Positions 10,394-20,303 of a DNA stretch of 64,000 nucleotides are shown here, piece by piece. Below the pieces are notes generated by a model. The model worked only from the letters and a program-made list of their open reading frames with translations, did not search any database and was not told the origin of the DNA. The first letter of the stretch is position 1. Each line of letters starts with the position of its first letter. Source of the DNA: SAR202 cluster bacterium (lineage in GTDB: Bacteria > Chloroflexota > Dehalococcoidia > Lucifugimonadales > UBA826); assembly GCA_022447825.1 (NCBI GenBank), contig JAKUTY010000001.1, positions 127,777-191,776 of the forward strand, in the 5' to 3' direction. Position numbers and translations under genes: made by a program.

Positions 10394-11068
10394 ATGACCT
10401 CATTACAATATAGTTTAGACGATAGCACCGCTAACAAGGTAACTGCGATACTATCTCAAGAAAATATAAATAGTTTGATAATTCAAACAAACGATGATGC
10501 TACTCAATATTTAGCAGATAATAATTCAACAGAGGTTGATGTCATTATTATTGACTCGTCTTCAATTTCATATGATTCATTTCAAAAAATGATTGTTGAC
10601 TCCAATAATCGCGAAATTCCTTCTTTAGCAATTATTTCTCCTGAATCGTTATTAATGTTAAAAGATTCTGAAATTTCTGACTTTATTACCACTCCAATAA
10701 AATTTTCTGAATTAATTACTCGTTGTCAAAGACTCACAAAAAATGAGAGTTTTAAGTCAGATGAAAAAACTATCAAGTTTGGAGATTTATTTATAAATCC
10801 CTCTAATTATGAAGTTAAAATCAAAGGCAACAGAGTTAATTTAAGGTTCAAAGAATATGAATTACTATTATTGCTATCATCTAATCCCGGAAGAGTTTTC
10901 GACAGGGCATCCTTGTTAAATCAAATTTGGGGATACGATTATTTTGGAGGAACTAGGACTGTAGATGTTCACATTAGAAGATTACGAAGCAAAATAGAAA
11001 TTTTGCCAGAAACGGAATATATCGAAACAATTTGGAATGTTGGGTACAGATTTGTAGAGAAAAAATAA
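10394..11068 (+). CDS. OmpR/PhoB-family winged-helix regulator with atypical receiver domain (orphan)
   Basis: C-terminal wHTH (TVDVHIRRLRSKIE...GYRF). The receiver keeps LDD and IIID but has T where the conserved Lys sits (DFITTPIKF versus D-Y-I-T-K-P-F). No kinase is adjacent. The ORF track starts at GTG 10346; ATG 10394 fits the receiver N-terminus better. Confidence 0.7.
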   Translation: MTSLQYSLDDSTANKVTAILSQENINSLIIQTNDDATQYLADNNSTEVDVIIIDSSSISYDSFQKMIVDSNNREIPSLAIISPESLLMLKDSEISDFITTPIKFSELITRCQRLTKNESFKSDEKTIKFGDLFINPSNYEVKIKGNRVNLRFKEYELLLLLSSNPGRVFDRASLLNQIWGYDYFGGTRTVDVHIRRLRSKIEILPETEYIETIWNVGYRFVEKK

Positions 11069-11071
11069 TTC

Positions 11072-11725
11072 ATGCTCAAAATTATGTCCAAGTTCTACGG
11101 TCAATTAGCATATCAACCAGCAATGGCTATTCAAAACTCTCTAGTGAATTCAGCTAAACAAAAAGGTGAATTTCATTTAATGCTACTAGAACATCCCGAT
11201 ACGATTTCTATGGGAATCCGGAGTGAAATTTCGGAAATATTAACCGATTTAGAAAAAATTTCTGAATTAAAAATTTCAATTCACAATTCTGATAGGGGTG
11301 GTCAAACAACATTTCATAGCCCGGGCCAATTAGTTGCTTATCCCATAATAGATTTAAGGAAAATCAACATCAAACCTAAGGATTATGTATCCAAATTACA
11401 GCTTTCTATAATTGAAACTTTGAGCGATGTAGGTATAAAAGCAGAATCTAAAGAAATGCCAATTGGAGTATGGGTAAATACAAAAAAAATTGCATCTATT
11501 GGAGTAAGAATTAAACAAGGGATTACTTCTCATGGCATTGCTTTAAATATAAATAACAATTTAGAACATTTCCAACATATCATTTCTTGTGGAATAAAAG
11601 ATAATGTGCAAACTTCTATACAAAACGAGATCAACCAAATCCACTCTATAGATAAAGTTGGGGAATTGTTCTCTAAAAATTTTGCAAAAGTTCTTGGACT
11701 ACAACAAGAAAATTTTAAGAATTAA
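11072..11725 (+). CDS. lipB: Octanoyltransferase (lipoyl(octanoyl) transferase)
   Basis: 217 aa with LipB-type motifs LLEHPDTISMG and RGGQTTFHSPGQLVAYPI. Confidence 0.85.
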   Translation: MLKIMSKFYGQLAYQPAMAIQNSLVNSAKQKGEFHLMLLEHPDTISMGIRSEISEILTDLEKISELKISIHNSDRGGQTTFHSPGQLVAYPIIDLRKINIKPKDYVSKLQLSIIETLSDVGIKAESKEMPIGVWVNTKKIASIGVRIKQGITSHGIALNINNNLEHFQHIISCGIKDNVQTSIQNEINQIHSIDKVGELFSKNFAKVLGLQQENFKN

Positions 11726-12389
11726 GACTAGCTCTAAAATCATCTCTACTGGACGATCCTGTTACTAAAAATAAAACTCTTTCTGCAATATTTGTAGCAC
11801 GATCAGCAGACCTTTCTAAATCGTGAGCTACCCACAAAAGATACGTTGCTCTCTGAATAGTAGCTGGGTCAGCCATCATGTAAGTTAGCAGTTCACGGTA
11901 AACTTGATTGTAAGTGTTATCAACCTCATCATCCAAATCACATACATCAAGAGCAGTATGTGGATCTCTTTTCACAAAACTATCTATACTTAAACGTAGC
12001 ATTTTTGTAGCATTTTCTGCCATTCTAGGAATATCAATTAGAGGTTTTAATGGTGGCATGTCTCCCATTAAAACACTGATTTTGCCAATTCCTTCAGCAT
12101 AATCACCAATTCGTTCCAATTCAATAGCAATCATCATCACTGACACAATTATTCTTAAATCTCCTGCAACAGGGGACTCTAAAGCAATTAACTGTATACA
12201 TTTTTCTTCTATTTCAGCTTGTTTAGTATCTATCAAATCATCATCATCAATAACTTGTTGTGAGGAAGTTACATCTCTATTTTTTAGGGCTTGGATTGAT
12301 TTAAGTATTGAATGTTCAACCATACTTGAAAGTTCTAAAATTTCATCTTGAATCAAATTCAAATTGTTTTCAAAATCTGCTCTTAACAT
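11715..12389 (-). CDS. phoU: Phosphate uptake regulator PhoU
   Basis: 224 aa. Two PhoU repeats (ERIGDYA and LERSADRATNIAE). Last gene of the pst operon. Confidence 0.9.
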   Translation of the reverse strand: MLRADFENNLNLIQDEILELSSMVEHSILKSIQALKNRDVTSSQQVIDDDDLIDTKQAEIEEKCIQLIALESPVAGDLRIIVSVMMIAIELERIGDYAEGIGKISVLMGDMPPLKPLIDIPRMAENATKMLRLSIDSFVKRDPHTALDVCDLDDEVDNTYNQVYRELLTYMMADPATIQRATYLLWVAHDLERSADRATNIAERVLFLVTGSSSRDDFRASLNS

Positions 12390-12458
12390 TTTTATACCTC
12401 CGTTTGTTCTTTCTCAAACCTTCAATAAAAATTGATGTTGAACTTTACCATAAATAAA

Positions 12459-13241
12459 TTAGCTAAATCTTCCAGTAATATATTCTTCTGTTCTTGTATT
12501 AGATGGATTACTAAATATTTTCTGAGTATCATCATGTTCTACAAGGTAGCCTGACCTGTTCTCTCCAACCATAAAAAAAGCAGTCTCATCAGAAACACGA
12601 GCTGCTTGTTGCATATTATGGGTAACAATAACAATAGTAACGTGATCTTTGAGCTGTTTAATTAATTCTTCAATAGCTAAGGTTGCTATAGGATCTAAAG
12701 CAGAAGCAGGCTCATCCATCAACAATACTGCAGGCTCAACAGCTAAAGCTCTTGCAATGCATAAACGTTGTTGCTGGCCTCCTGAAAGAGTAAAAGCACT
12801 GTTATTTAACCTGTCTTTAACTTCATCCCAAAGTGCGGCTTGGTTTAAAGCTCTTTCAACCGCCTCATCATAATTTCCTTTAAAACCATTCACTTTCAAA
12901 CCCCAGGCTATATTCTGGTATATAGATTTTGGGAATGGATTTGGTTTTTGAAAAACCATTCCAATCCTTGATCTGATTTCAGTAGCATCAATTTCACCAC
13001 CGTACAAATCTACGCCTTCAAACATTACTTTACCTTGAACAGAAGCGCCGACTATCAAATCATTCATTCTATTGAGACATCTCAAAAATGTACTTTTACC
13101 ACATCCAGAAGGACCAATTAATGCAGTAATAGAATTCTGGTTAATATCTATATCAACATCTTTAACGGCATTAAATTCACCGTAATAAACATTTAGTTTT
13201 CGTGCACTTAAAATAACTTGTTGACCTATTTCTGAAGTCAT
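12459..13241 (-). CDS. pstB: Phosphate ABC transporter ATP-binding protein
   Basis: Walker [10 protein letters not shown], signature LSGGQQQRL, Walker B LLMDEP. Lies within the pst order. Confidence 0.95.
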   Translation of the reverse strand: MTSEIGQQVILSARKLNVYYGEFNAVKDVDIDINQNSITALIGPSGCGKSTFLRCLNRMNDLIVGASVQGKVMFEGVDLYGGEIDATEIRSRIGMVFQKPNPFPKSIYQNIAWGLKVNGFKGNYDEAVERALNQAALWDEVKDRLNNSAFTLSGGQQQRLCIARALAVEPAVLLMDEPASALDPIATLAIEELIKQLKDHVTIVIVTHNMQQAARVSDETAFFMVGENRSGYLVEHDDTQKIFSNPSNTRTEEYITGRFS

Positions 13242-13245
13242 TAAA

Positions 13246-14145
13246 TTACTCCTCTGATCTTTTTTGATACTTATTTCTCAAGAAAACTGCTATAGCATTC
13301 ATACTCAAAAGTAGAACTAACATAACTATTATTCCCGCAGCTGCCAAACCTCGGAATTCATCTTGTGGTCGTGATACCCAGTTATAAATTTGAATAGGTA
13401 AGACTGTAAATCTATCCATAGGATGACTTGGAATAAAAGTCAGATAAACCAAAGCACTAATCGCAATTACTGGAGCAGCTTCACCAATTGCTCTAGACAT
13501 AGCCAATATAGTTCCAGTCAAAATACCTGGAATTGCTGAAGGCAAAACAACACCTTTTATGACTTGCCATTGATCTGCCCCCATAGCATAAGCACCTTCT
13601 CTGTAAGAGTTGGGAACTGCTCTAATTGCTTCTCTAGAAGCCAGTATTACTATCGGAAGTACTAATAGAGACAATGTCATGGCACCCGCCAAAACACTTC
13701 TACCTAAAAATTGGTCAGATGTCCCAATATAATAAACAAACAAAGACAACCCCAATAACCCATATACGATAGAAGGAACTCCAGCCAAATTGGCAACGTT
13801 AATCTCAATAATTCGAGTAAGCAAATTTCTAGGCGCATACTCTTCAAGATAAATTGCCGCACAAACTCCTATTGGAACAGTAATTAACGCAGTCATAAAC
13901 ATTAACCAAACTGTACCCATTAAAGCAGAAAACAAACCAGCTTCTGCTGGTTTTCTTGAAGGATAATCAAATATGAAATGCCAACTCATCCAAGGCAAGC
14001 CACCTGTCAAAACATCAATAATCAACACAATCAATCCCACTATTCCAACTACTCCAGATAACAAAAAAAGTACATAAACAATATTTCCAATTATGACTCT
14101 TGAACGCCTATTGGGATTGATAGAATTATGTGAATTACTGGACAT
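13246..14145 (-). CDS. pstA: Phosphate ABC transporter permease PstA
   Basis: 299-aa polytopic permease between pstC and pstB. Confidence 0.9.
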   Translation of the reverse strand: MSSNSHNSINPNRRSRVIIGNIVYVLFLLSGVVGIVGLIVLIIDVLTGGLPWMSWHFIFDYPSRKPAEAGLFSALMGTVWLMFMTALITVPIGVCAAIYLEEYAPRNLLTRIIEINVANLAGVPSIVYGLLGLSLFVYYIGTSDQFLGRSVLAGAMTLSLLVLPIVILASREAIRAVPNSYREGAYAMGADQWQVIKGVVLPSAIPGILTGTILAMSRAIGEAAPVIAISALVYLTFIPSHPMDRFTVLPIQIYNWVSRPQDEFRGLAAAGIIVMLVLLLSMNAIAVFLRNKYQKRSEE

Positions 14146-14147
14146 TT

Positions 14148-15062
14148 TTAATATTCCTCTCTAAATCGCGTAACAATCCAAAATCCCAAAAGATTCATCA
14201 ATAATGTCAAAGCAAACAAGACTAAAGCAACAGCAAATATAGTGTTGTATTCAAGTGATCCTACAGGAGCTTCACCTAATGCCAATTGAACAATATAAGC
14301 TGTCATAGTCTGAATGCTTTCTGTAGGATCAAAAGTCATTTTAGGTGTTGCACCAGCTGCAATTGTCACTAGCATGGTTTCACCAATGGCTCTGGATATA
14401 GCAATGATAAACGCTGCAATAATTCCAGATAGTGCAGCTGGAACCACTATACGTAAACTTACTTCATATCTTGTTGCCCCAAGTGCATATGCCCCCTCTC
14501 GCAAACTTCTGGGAACAGATATCATCGCATCCTCACTTAGTGAGGAAACCATAGGAATGATCATAACTCCCATAACTATCCCAGCACTAAGAGCATTGAA
14601 AATTATTAAATCGGGCAAAAATACTTGTAGAAGTGGGGTCACAAAAGTAAGAGCAAAATAACCATAAACAACTGTAGGAATTCCCGCCAACACTTCCAAA
14701 ATAGGCTTAATTATTCTTCTAAGCCAATCCGGAGCGTATTCAGAAAGAAAAATTGCTGTCGACAATCCTATAGGGATAGCAACCATAGCAGCAATAACTG
14801 TAACCAACAAAGTACCTGAAACTAAAGGAAGTACACCATACGACCTAGGTTTTAAAATAGGTGTCCATCTAGTTCCAGTAAGAAATTCAATTATAGAAAT
14901 TTCTTTAAAAAACTCATATGCCTGGTAACTAAGTGTTAACAAAATAGCCAGCGTAGTAAGAATAGATAGGCTAGCGCAAGCTAAGAAAATATATTTTACT
15001 ATTGAGCCCTCTAAACTTGAGCCTCTAGATCTTTTAGTAAATGAAGATTGATCTTCAATCAT
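14148..15062 (-). CDS. pstC: Phosphate ABC transporter permease PstC
   Basis: 304-aa polytopic permease, 2 nt upstream of pstA. Confidence 0.9.
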   Translation of the reverse strand: MIEDQSSFTKRSRGSSLEGSIVKYIFLACASLSILTTLAILLTLSYQAYEFFKEISIIEFLTGTRWTPILKPRSYGVLPLVSGTLLVTVIAAMVAIPIGLSTAIFLSEYAPDWLRRIIKPILEVLAGIPTVVYGYFALTFVTPLLQVFLPDLIIFNALSAGIVMGVMIIPMVSSLSEDAMISVPRSLREGAYALGATRYEVSLRIVVPAALSGIIAAFIIAISRAIGETMLVTIAAGATPKMTFDPTESIQTMTAYIVQLALGEAPVGSLEYNTIFAVALVLFALTLLMNLLGFWIVTRFREEY

Positions 15063-15278
15063 GTTTTCTCTCAGTAGATAAATTAGAAATCACTACAACA
15101 TGAATTTTGATGATTTTCAATAGAAATATATTAATAACAGATTAATGTATTAATCTAAAATATCATTAATTAGTTGATCGACTTTTGTGTGAATTTGATC
15201 CCGGATATTTCTAGTTAATTCTATCGATAATCCCTTGGGATCATCGATACCGCAACCCTCAATGTATGCATAGAACCT

Positions 15279-15316
15279 TTTACTAGTGAAAGGGTTTCTC
15301 CCCTTTCACTAGTAAA
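15279..15316 (-). other. Perfect 16-bp stem / 6-nt loop hairpin 10 nt after the pstS stop (no U-tract)
   Basis: TTTACTAGTGAAAGGG-tttctc-CCCTTTCACTAGTAAA read directly. Neither strand has a following T-run, so it is not a canonical intrinsic terminator. Confidence 0.6.
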
Positions 15317-15325
15317 TAAATTAAC

Positions 15326-16327
15326 CTATTTCATCAAAAGTGACTTGTTATTTTCATAAACAGCTTCACCAGAAGATACATATCCAACTTCGTTAGTTAA
15401 ATCTGGACCTACCTGCATATAGTAATCAACAAAAGTTTTTACTTCTGGCCTAGTTTTATATGCGGACTTATTAACATAAATGAACAAGGGTCTTGATAAT
15501 GGAGTGTATTCACCTGAAGGAATAGTTTCTTTGCTAGGTTTTACGCATCCGTCACCATTATCAACACCAAGTAATTTCAACTTTTCAGAGCTCTCAACAT
15601 AGTAAGCATAACCAAAATAACCTAGCGAACCATTAGAACCTGAAATTCCTGATATTAGTACGTTATCGTCTGCACTAGCGGTGTAATCTGCTCTTGAAGC
15701 TTGAGCTTCACCATTAATTTCTTCAGTAAAGTAGTCAAATGTTCCGGAGTCAGTATCAGGTCCAAAAAGATTCATCTTTTGATCAGGAAAATCAGATCTT
15801 ACTTGATTCCAGTTAGTTACAGTAGATCCTGGTTCCCAAATTTGCTTAAGTTCTCCGACTGTTAAACAATCGATCCAATCCATATTAAGATTAACCATTA
15901 CTGATAAGCCATCAGTTCCGAGTCTCAATTCGTCATATGTAATGCCATTTTCGTCAGCAATACCAGACTCTTTAGGATTTTTCATATGTCTTGAAGCATT
16001 TGAAATGTCTGTTTCACCCACAATAAATCTTTTAAATCCTCCACCAGTTCCAGAAACACCAACATTAACTCTAACTTTTGGATATAGCTTATTGAATTCT
16101 TCGGCTACAGCTTCAGAAATCGGGTAAACAGTTGATGAACCATCAATTTCTACAGTCCCTTCCATTTTTGAGTCATCTTGTTGGGATGTAACAGTAGCAT
16201 CAGGTTCTTCTGTAGAACATGCAATTACAAATGCAGTGAATAAAGCAAATAGTGAAATCAAAAAACACAATTTTAAACTTTTACTATATAAAATCATTAG
16301 TTTATTGGGCTCCCTTTGGATTAGCAT
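15326..16327 (-). CDS. pstS: Phosphate-binding lipoprotein PstS
   Basis: 333 aa. Signal peptide ending FVIAC (lipobox-like). Periplasmic phosphate-binding fold motifs (GSSTVYP, GTGGG). The start may be the internal Met (MILYSK). Confidence 0.9.
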   Translation of the reverse strand: MLIQREPNKLMILYSKSLKLCFLISLFALFTAFVIACSTEEPDATVTSQQDDSKMEGTVEIDGSSTVYPISEAVAEEFNKLYPKVRVNVGVSGTGGGFKRFIVGETDISNASRHMKNPKESGIADENGITYDELRLGTDGLSVMVNLNMDWIDCLTVGELKQIWEPGSTVTNWNQVRSDFPDQKMNLFGPDTDSGTFDYFTEEINGEAQASRADYTASADDNVLISGISGSNGSLGYFGYAYYVESSEKLKLLGVDNGDGCVKPSKETIPSGEYTPLSRPLFIYVNKSAYKTRPEVKTFVDYYMQVGPDLTNEVGYVSSGEAVYENNKSLLMK

Positions 16328-16365
16328 ATATTCAATACAATAAGAATAAACTCAGTACACTAAAG

Positions 16366-16392
16366 CAAAAGTTAACGATAAATTAACAAATA
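16366..16392 (-). promoter_or_regulatory. Candidate Pho box (two TTAAC-type hexamers 11 bp apart) upstream of pstS
   Basis: Minus strand reads tttGTTAATttatcGTTAACttttg. The 11-bp periodicity resembles PhoB/PhoP direct-repeat sites. AT-rich background makes chance matches likely. Confidence 0.3.
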
Positions 16393-16404
16393 ATTAGAGA
16401 AATA

Positions 16405-17781
16405 TTATTGAGCCAATTGGAGTGTAAATGAGAAAACACTACCCTCACCAATTTGACTTGTTACAGATACTGACCCACCCTGAGTTTGAGTTAAATGTTT
16501 GACTATAGCTAACCCAAGACCTGTACCAGAATCAGATCTAGATTTATCCGCCTTGTAAAACCTTTCAAACAAATGGGGAATATGTTCTGCATCAATTCCT
16601 TGTCCAGAATCACTAATATCAATTTTCACAAATTGACCATCAATTGCAGCCGAAATACTAATTACTCCATGTTGATCAGTATATTTGATTGCATTTTCTA
16701 TCAAATTAACAAATATTTGGATAATGTAATCTTTAGTGCCATTAACAACAATCTCAGAATCTGCAAGGTTTCTTATTTCAGGATGATCACCATAAAACCT
16801 ATTCTTAGCCATATTAATAGACTCTTCGATGATTGAAACTAGATTTAAATGATCCATTTCAATTTGATCTACACCGCTCTCTATTCTAGACAGCTCTAAT
16901 AAATCATTAATGAGCAGAGTCATTCGAGTGACTTCTCCCGAAATTCTTTCTAAATATTTATCTCGTACAATTTCATCGTTAATTGCTCCTGATTCCAATG
17001 TTTCAAGCATTACAGAAATTGAAGTAATCGGACTTCTTAATTCATGAGAAACATTACTCACAAATTCTCTTCTAGTATTATCCAACTGGTAAAGGTCTGA
17101 GAGATCGTGAAAATTCAAAAGTATAGCTTTTTCATTCTGAAAATTTAATGGGGTAGAAGAAACAAAAAAAGTTTTACTTAAATCAAATAATTCTATTTCT
17201 AGATTTAAAGTTTCGTTAGATTCCCTAGATGAATTTACTAATTGGAGAATTTGATGATATCTAACCACATCAGACAATCGTCTTCTTTTAAAACTTTGAC
17301 CTGTAAAATTAAAAAGGGAAAGAGCTGCATTATTCATCAAATCGATCTCATTTGAACTATTCACTACCATCACAGAATCATCCATATTGTCCAAAACTAC
17401 TGATAATGTTTCTGCATCCAAATTCATTTGACTAAGATTAATTTCCATTTTTTGTGCCATTTCATTAAAAATGGAAATTAATTCATTTTGTTTTCCTTTT
17501 TTAGTTGCTGGTAACGTGAAATCATATGACTCTGATTTGAGATGTTCCATACCATCTGTCAACAGATCTAAAATATATTTTTGATCATTAATAACTTTTA
17601 TGCTTATTCCAGCAATTACAAAAAATAATATGATTACCAAAAAAGAGAAAAAAACTTGGAATAATTGAGAGTCAACAAAAAACACTAATAAAAAACTTGC
17701 TGCAAATGCAGACAAAATTAAAAAGCTAGGCAAAATAGTCAAAACTAATTTAACTAAATCAAAATTCCTCACTATTTTCAC
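16405..17781 (-). CDS. phoR: Phosphate-sensing histidine kinase (PhoR-like)
   Basis: 458 aa. N-terminal TM segments, H-box SHELRSP and ATPase G-boxes (DSGQGI, GTGLGL). Overlaps phoB by 4 nt. Confidence 0.8.
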   Translation of the reverse strand: MKIVRNFDLVKLVLTILPSFLILSAFAASFLLVFFVDSQLFQVFFSFLVIILFFVIAGISIKVINDQKYILDLLTDGMEHLKSESYDFTLPATKKGKQNELISIFNEMAQKMEINLSQMNLDAETLSVVLDNMDDSVMVVNSSNEIDLMNNAALSLFNFTGQSFKRRRLSDVVRYHQILQLVNSSRESNETLNLEIELFDLSKTFFVSSTPLNFQNEKAILLNFHDLSDLYQLDNTRREFVSNVSHELRSPITSISVMLETLESGAINDEIVRDKYLERISGEVTRMTLLINDLLELSRIESGVDQIEMDHLNLVSIIEESINMAKNRFYGDHPEIRNLADSEIVVNGTKDYIIQIFVNLIENAIKYTDQHGVISISAAIDGQFVKIDISDSGQGIDAEHIPHLFERFYKADKSRSDSGTGLGLAIVKHLTQTQGGSVSVTSQIGEGSVFSFTLQLAQ

Positions 17782-18473
17782 CCATCGAATCTATATCCAA
17801 TTCCTCTAATTGTTACCAACCTGGACGGGGAACTAGGATCGTCCTCAATTTTTTCCCTAATCCAACGAACATGAACGTCAACTGTTCTGATATCTCCAAT
17901 ATACTGATGACCCCAAAGCTTTTCTAAAATTTGATGTCTAGATAAAGCTTTTCCCTGATTTGAAGCTAAAAGATATAGTAATTCAAATTCTCTAGGCTTT
18001 AGATTAATCTCTTGATTATCTATTTTTACTATATGACTTTTCGTATCAATACTTAAATTCCCAATAATAATTAATTCATCATTAGAAAGGGTAGATGATG
18101 ATAATTTTGAAGATCTTTTAAGCATATTTCGAATTCTTACAACCAATTCCCTCATACTAAAAGGTTTAGTAATGTAATCATCAGCTCCTAATTCAAGCCC
18201 AACAACTCTATCAATCTCTTCACCTTTAGCAGACAACATAAATACAGGTAGATCAAGATCTTTCCTAATCATTCGACAGACTTCAAATCCATCTAACTTA
18301 GGTAACATCACATCTAATAAAACTAGATCAGGATTTAAAGATTTTGCTTTATTGAGTCCTTCTTCACCGTCATTAGCTGAATAAACATCAAAACCTTCCT
18401 GAGAAAGACTATAAACCACTGCCTCCCTTATATTTTCTTCATCTTCAACTACTAAAATTTTAGGATTTGGCAT
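17778..18473 (-). CDS. phoB: Phosphate regulon response regulator (PhoB-like, OmpR family)
   Basis: 231 aa. Canonical receiver (VEDEE, LLDVMLP, DDYITKPF) plus wHTH (TVDVHVRWIREKIE...GYRF). Confidence 0.85.
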   Translation of the reverse strand: MPNPKILVVEDEENIREAVVYSLSQEGFDVYSANDGEEGLNKAKSLNPDLVLLDVMLPKLDGFEVCRMIRKDLDLPVFMLSAKGEEIDRVVGLELGADDYITKPFSMRELVVRIRNMLKRSSKLSSSTLSNDELIIIGNLSIDTKSHIVKIDNQEINLKPREFELLYLLASNQGKALSRHQILEKLWGHQYIGDIRTVDVHVRWIREKIEDDPSSPSRLVTIRGIGYRFDG

Positions 18474-18538
18474 AAAAAAGCACCTACTTAAAAATTTTCT
18501 AATACTAAAAATACACCAAGATTTTTATTGATACCACT

Positions 18539-19579
18539 CTAAATAATCAGCATCGCATCACCAAAACTGTAAAATTTATAATTATTTTTAACAGCCACTT
18601 TATAGGCATCAAGAATAATGTCTGTAGATGATAATGCTGAAGTTAACATTAATAACGTAGATTTTGGAAGATGGAAATTGGTAATCAGTCCATCTGCTAT
18701 TTGAAACTCATAACCTGGAGTAATAAATATGTCAGCCCAACCTGTTCCACCTTTAATATTTTCATAACCTCCTGAAATATCAGCTACATTTTCTAATAAA
18801 CGTAAAGCTGTTGTACCAACAGAAATGACTCTTCTACCCTCATTTTTAGCATTTTTAATTTTTATAGCTGCCTCATCGGTTAATTCCCAATACTCCGAGT
18901 GCATTTGATGATTTTCTAAATTTTCATCCTTAACTGGCCTAAAACTATCCCATCCAACATGTAATGTCACAAACAGAGTCTCAATTTTTTTAAGTTTGAT
19001 TTGCTCTAAAAGACTTTGAGTAAAATGCAATCCAGCTGTTGGCGCTGCAACACTACCTTCATGTTTTGCATAAACAGTTTGATAATTATCTGACGTACCC
19101 ACTGATTTTTTTATATAAGGAGGTAACGGCAATTCTCCCAACTTATAAATCAAACTATCGTCATCTATCCGAATAATTCTAGAACCTGAATCATTCACTT
19201 GCTCAACAACTCCATGAATCTGATTCTGTTGATTGCCTATAACAAATTTTGAACCTAACCTCATTCTTTTACCGGGCTTCACTAAAGAAGTCCATAAACC
19301 GTCTTCGATTTTGCTAAGCAATAAAATTTCAATCGGTTTTAATGATTTTTTATCAGTTCCGTAAAGTCTCGCTGGAAACACTTTAGTGTCATTAAACACC
19401 AATAAATCACCTTCTTGAAGAAATTTTAATATTTCAAAAAATTTAACATGATTTAAATTGCCAGATTTTTTATCCAAAACCATCAATTTACAATGATCTC
19501 TAGGTTCAGCAGGAAATTGAGCTATAGATGATTGAGGTAAGTCATAATTAAAATCTGATGTTTTGAATTTGCGCGCCAT
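18539..19579 (-). CDS. queA: S-adenosylmethionine:tRNA ribosyltransferase-isomerase
   Basis: QueA-type N-terminus MARKFKTSDFNYDLPQSSIAQFP. The ORF-track TTG start at 19609 overlaps ubiE; ATG 19579 is the more likely start. Confidence 0.9.
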   Translation of the reverse strand: MARKFKTSDFNYDLPQSSIAQFPAEPRDHCKLMVLDKKSGNLNHVKFFEILKFLQEGDLLVFNDTKVFPARLYGTDKKSLKPIEILLLSKIEDGLWTSLVKPGKRMRLGSKFVIGNQQNQIHGVVEQVNDSGSRIIRIDDDSLIYKLGELPLPPYIKKSVGTSDNYQTVYAKHEGSVAAPTAGLHFTQSLLEQIKLKKIETLFVTLHVGWDSFRPVKDENLENHQMHSEYWELTDEAAIKIKNAKNEGRRVISVGTTALRLLENVADISGGYENIKGGTGWADIFITPGYEFQIADGLITNFHLPKSTLLMLTSALSSTDIILDAYKVAVKNNYKFYSFGDAMLII

Positions 19580-19583
19580 GAAA

Positions 19584-20303
19584 TTACTCGTTTTTTTGAC
19601 CCACAACAATAGCTACCGTACCAAAAGCCAATTTCTTCACTACCGGTTTCTTAAAACCTTTTTTCGTCATCAAAACAGCTAATTGTGTAGAAGTTAAAAA
19701 ATTAGAAACTGATTGAGGTAAATAAGTATACGCTTCACGGTCACCTGCAAAAATCGAACCAATTCTAGGAGTGATTTTTTCAAAATACAGTGGAAATAAT
19801 CTCGACATAATCTTCCCTTCTGGTTTCACTATTTCTAATATAACTAAATTGCCTCCAGGAACTAAAACTCGCAATAATTCTTCTAAAGCTTTAGATAAAT
19901 CTACAAAATTCCTAACTCCAAATCCGATAGTAATAGATTCAAAACTGTTATCTGCAAAAGGTAATTCGTGAGCATCTGCAACTACTGGAACAAATTTTTT
20001 ATCAAAATTTCTTTTTTCAGATTTAATTTGACCTATATTCAACATTTCAACAGAGAAATCTAAACCAACTACTTTATTTGCAATTTTTTGGTTTAAAATT
20101 TCAAAAGCAAAATCTCCTGTTCCTGTAGCAACATCTAAAAACATTCCTGTTTCTGATTTTTTCAGATATTTTGTTGCTTTTTTTCTCCATGAATAATGCA
20201 TTCCCGCAGTCATAATAGTATTCAATAGATCATATCTCCCAGAGATTCTATTAAACATATTCGATACAAATCGTGACTTATCTTTTCCGCGTAAATTAAC
20301 CAC
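19584..20303 (-). CDS. ubiE: Demethylmenaquinone/ubiquinone C-methyltransferase
   Basis: 239-aa UbiE/MenG family protein with SAM motif FLDVATGTGD. Confidence 0.85.
   Translation of the reverse strand: MVNLRGKDKSRFVSNMFNRISGRYDLLNTIMTAGMHYSWRKKATKYLKKSETGMFLDVATGTGDFAFEILNQKIANKVVGLDFSVEMLNIGQIKSEKRNFDKKFVPVVADAHELPFADNSFESITIGFGVRNFVDLSKALEELLRVLVPGGNLVILEIVKPEGKIMSRLFPLYFEKITPRIGSIFAGDREAYTYLPQSVSNFLTSTQLAVLMTKKGFKKPVVKKLAFGTVAIVVGQKNE

Noticed and set aside
14314-14661. 115-aa + strand ORF antisense to pstC
   Set aside because: A shadow ORF inside a well-supported permease gene, with no start context and no recognisable motif.
15279-15316. Calling the pstS-proximal hairpin a rho-independent terminator
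   Set aside because: The stem is perfect, but no T/U-run follows it on either strand. It is kept only as a structural element.
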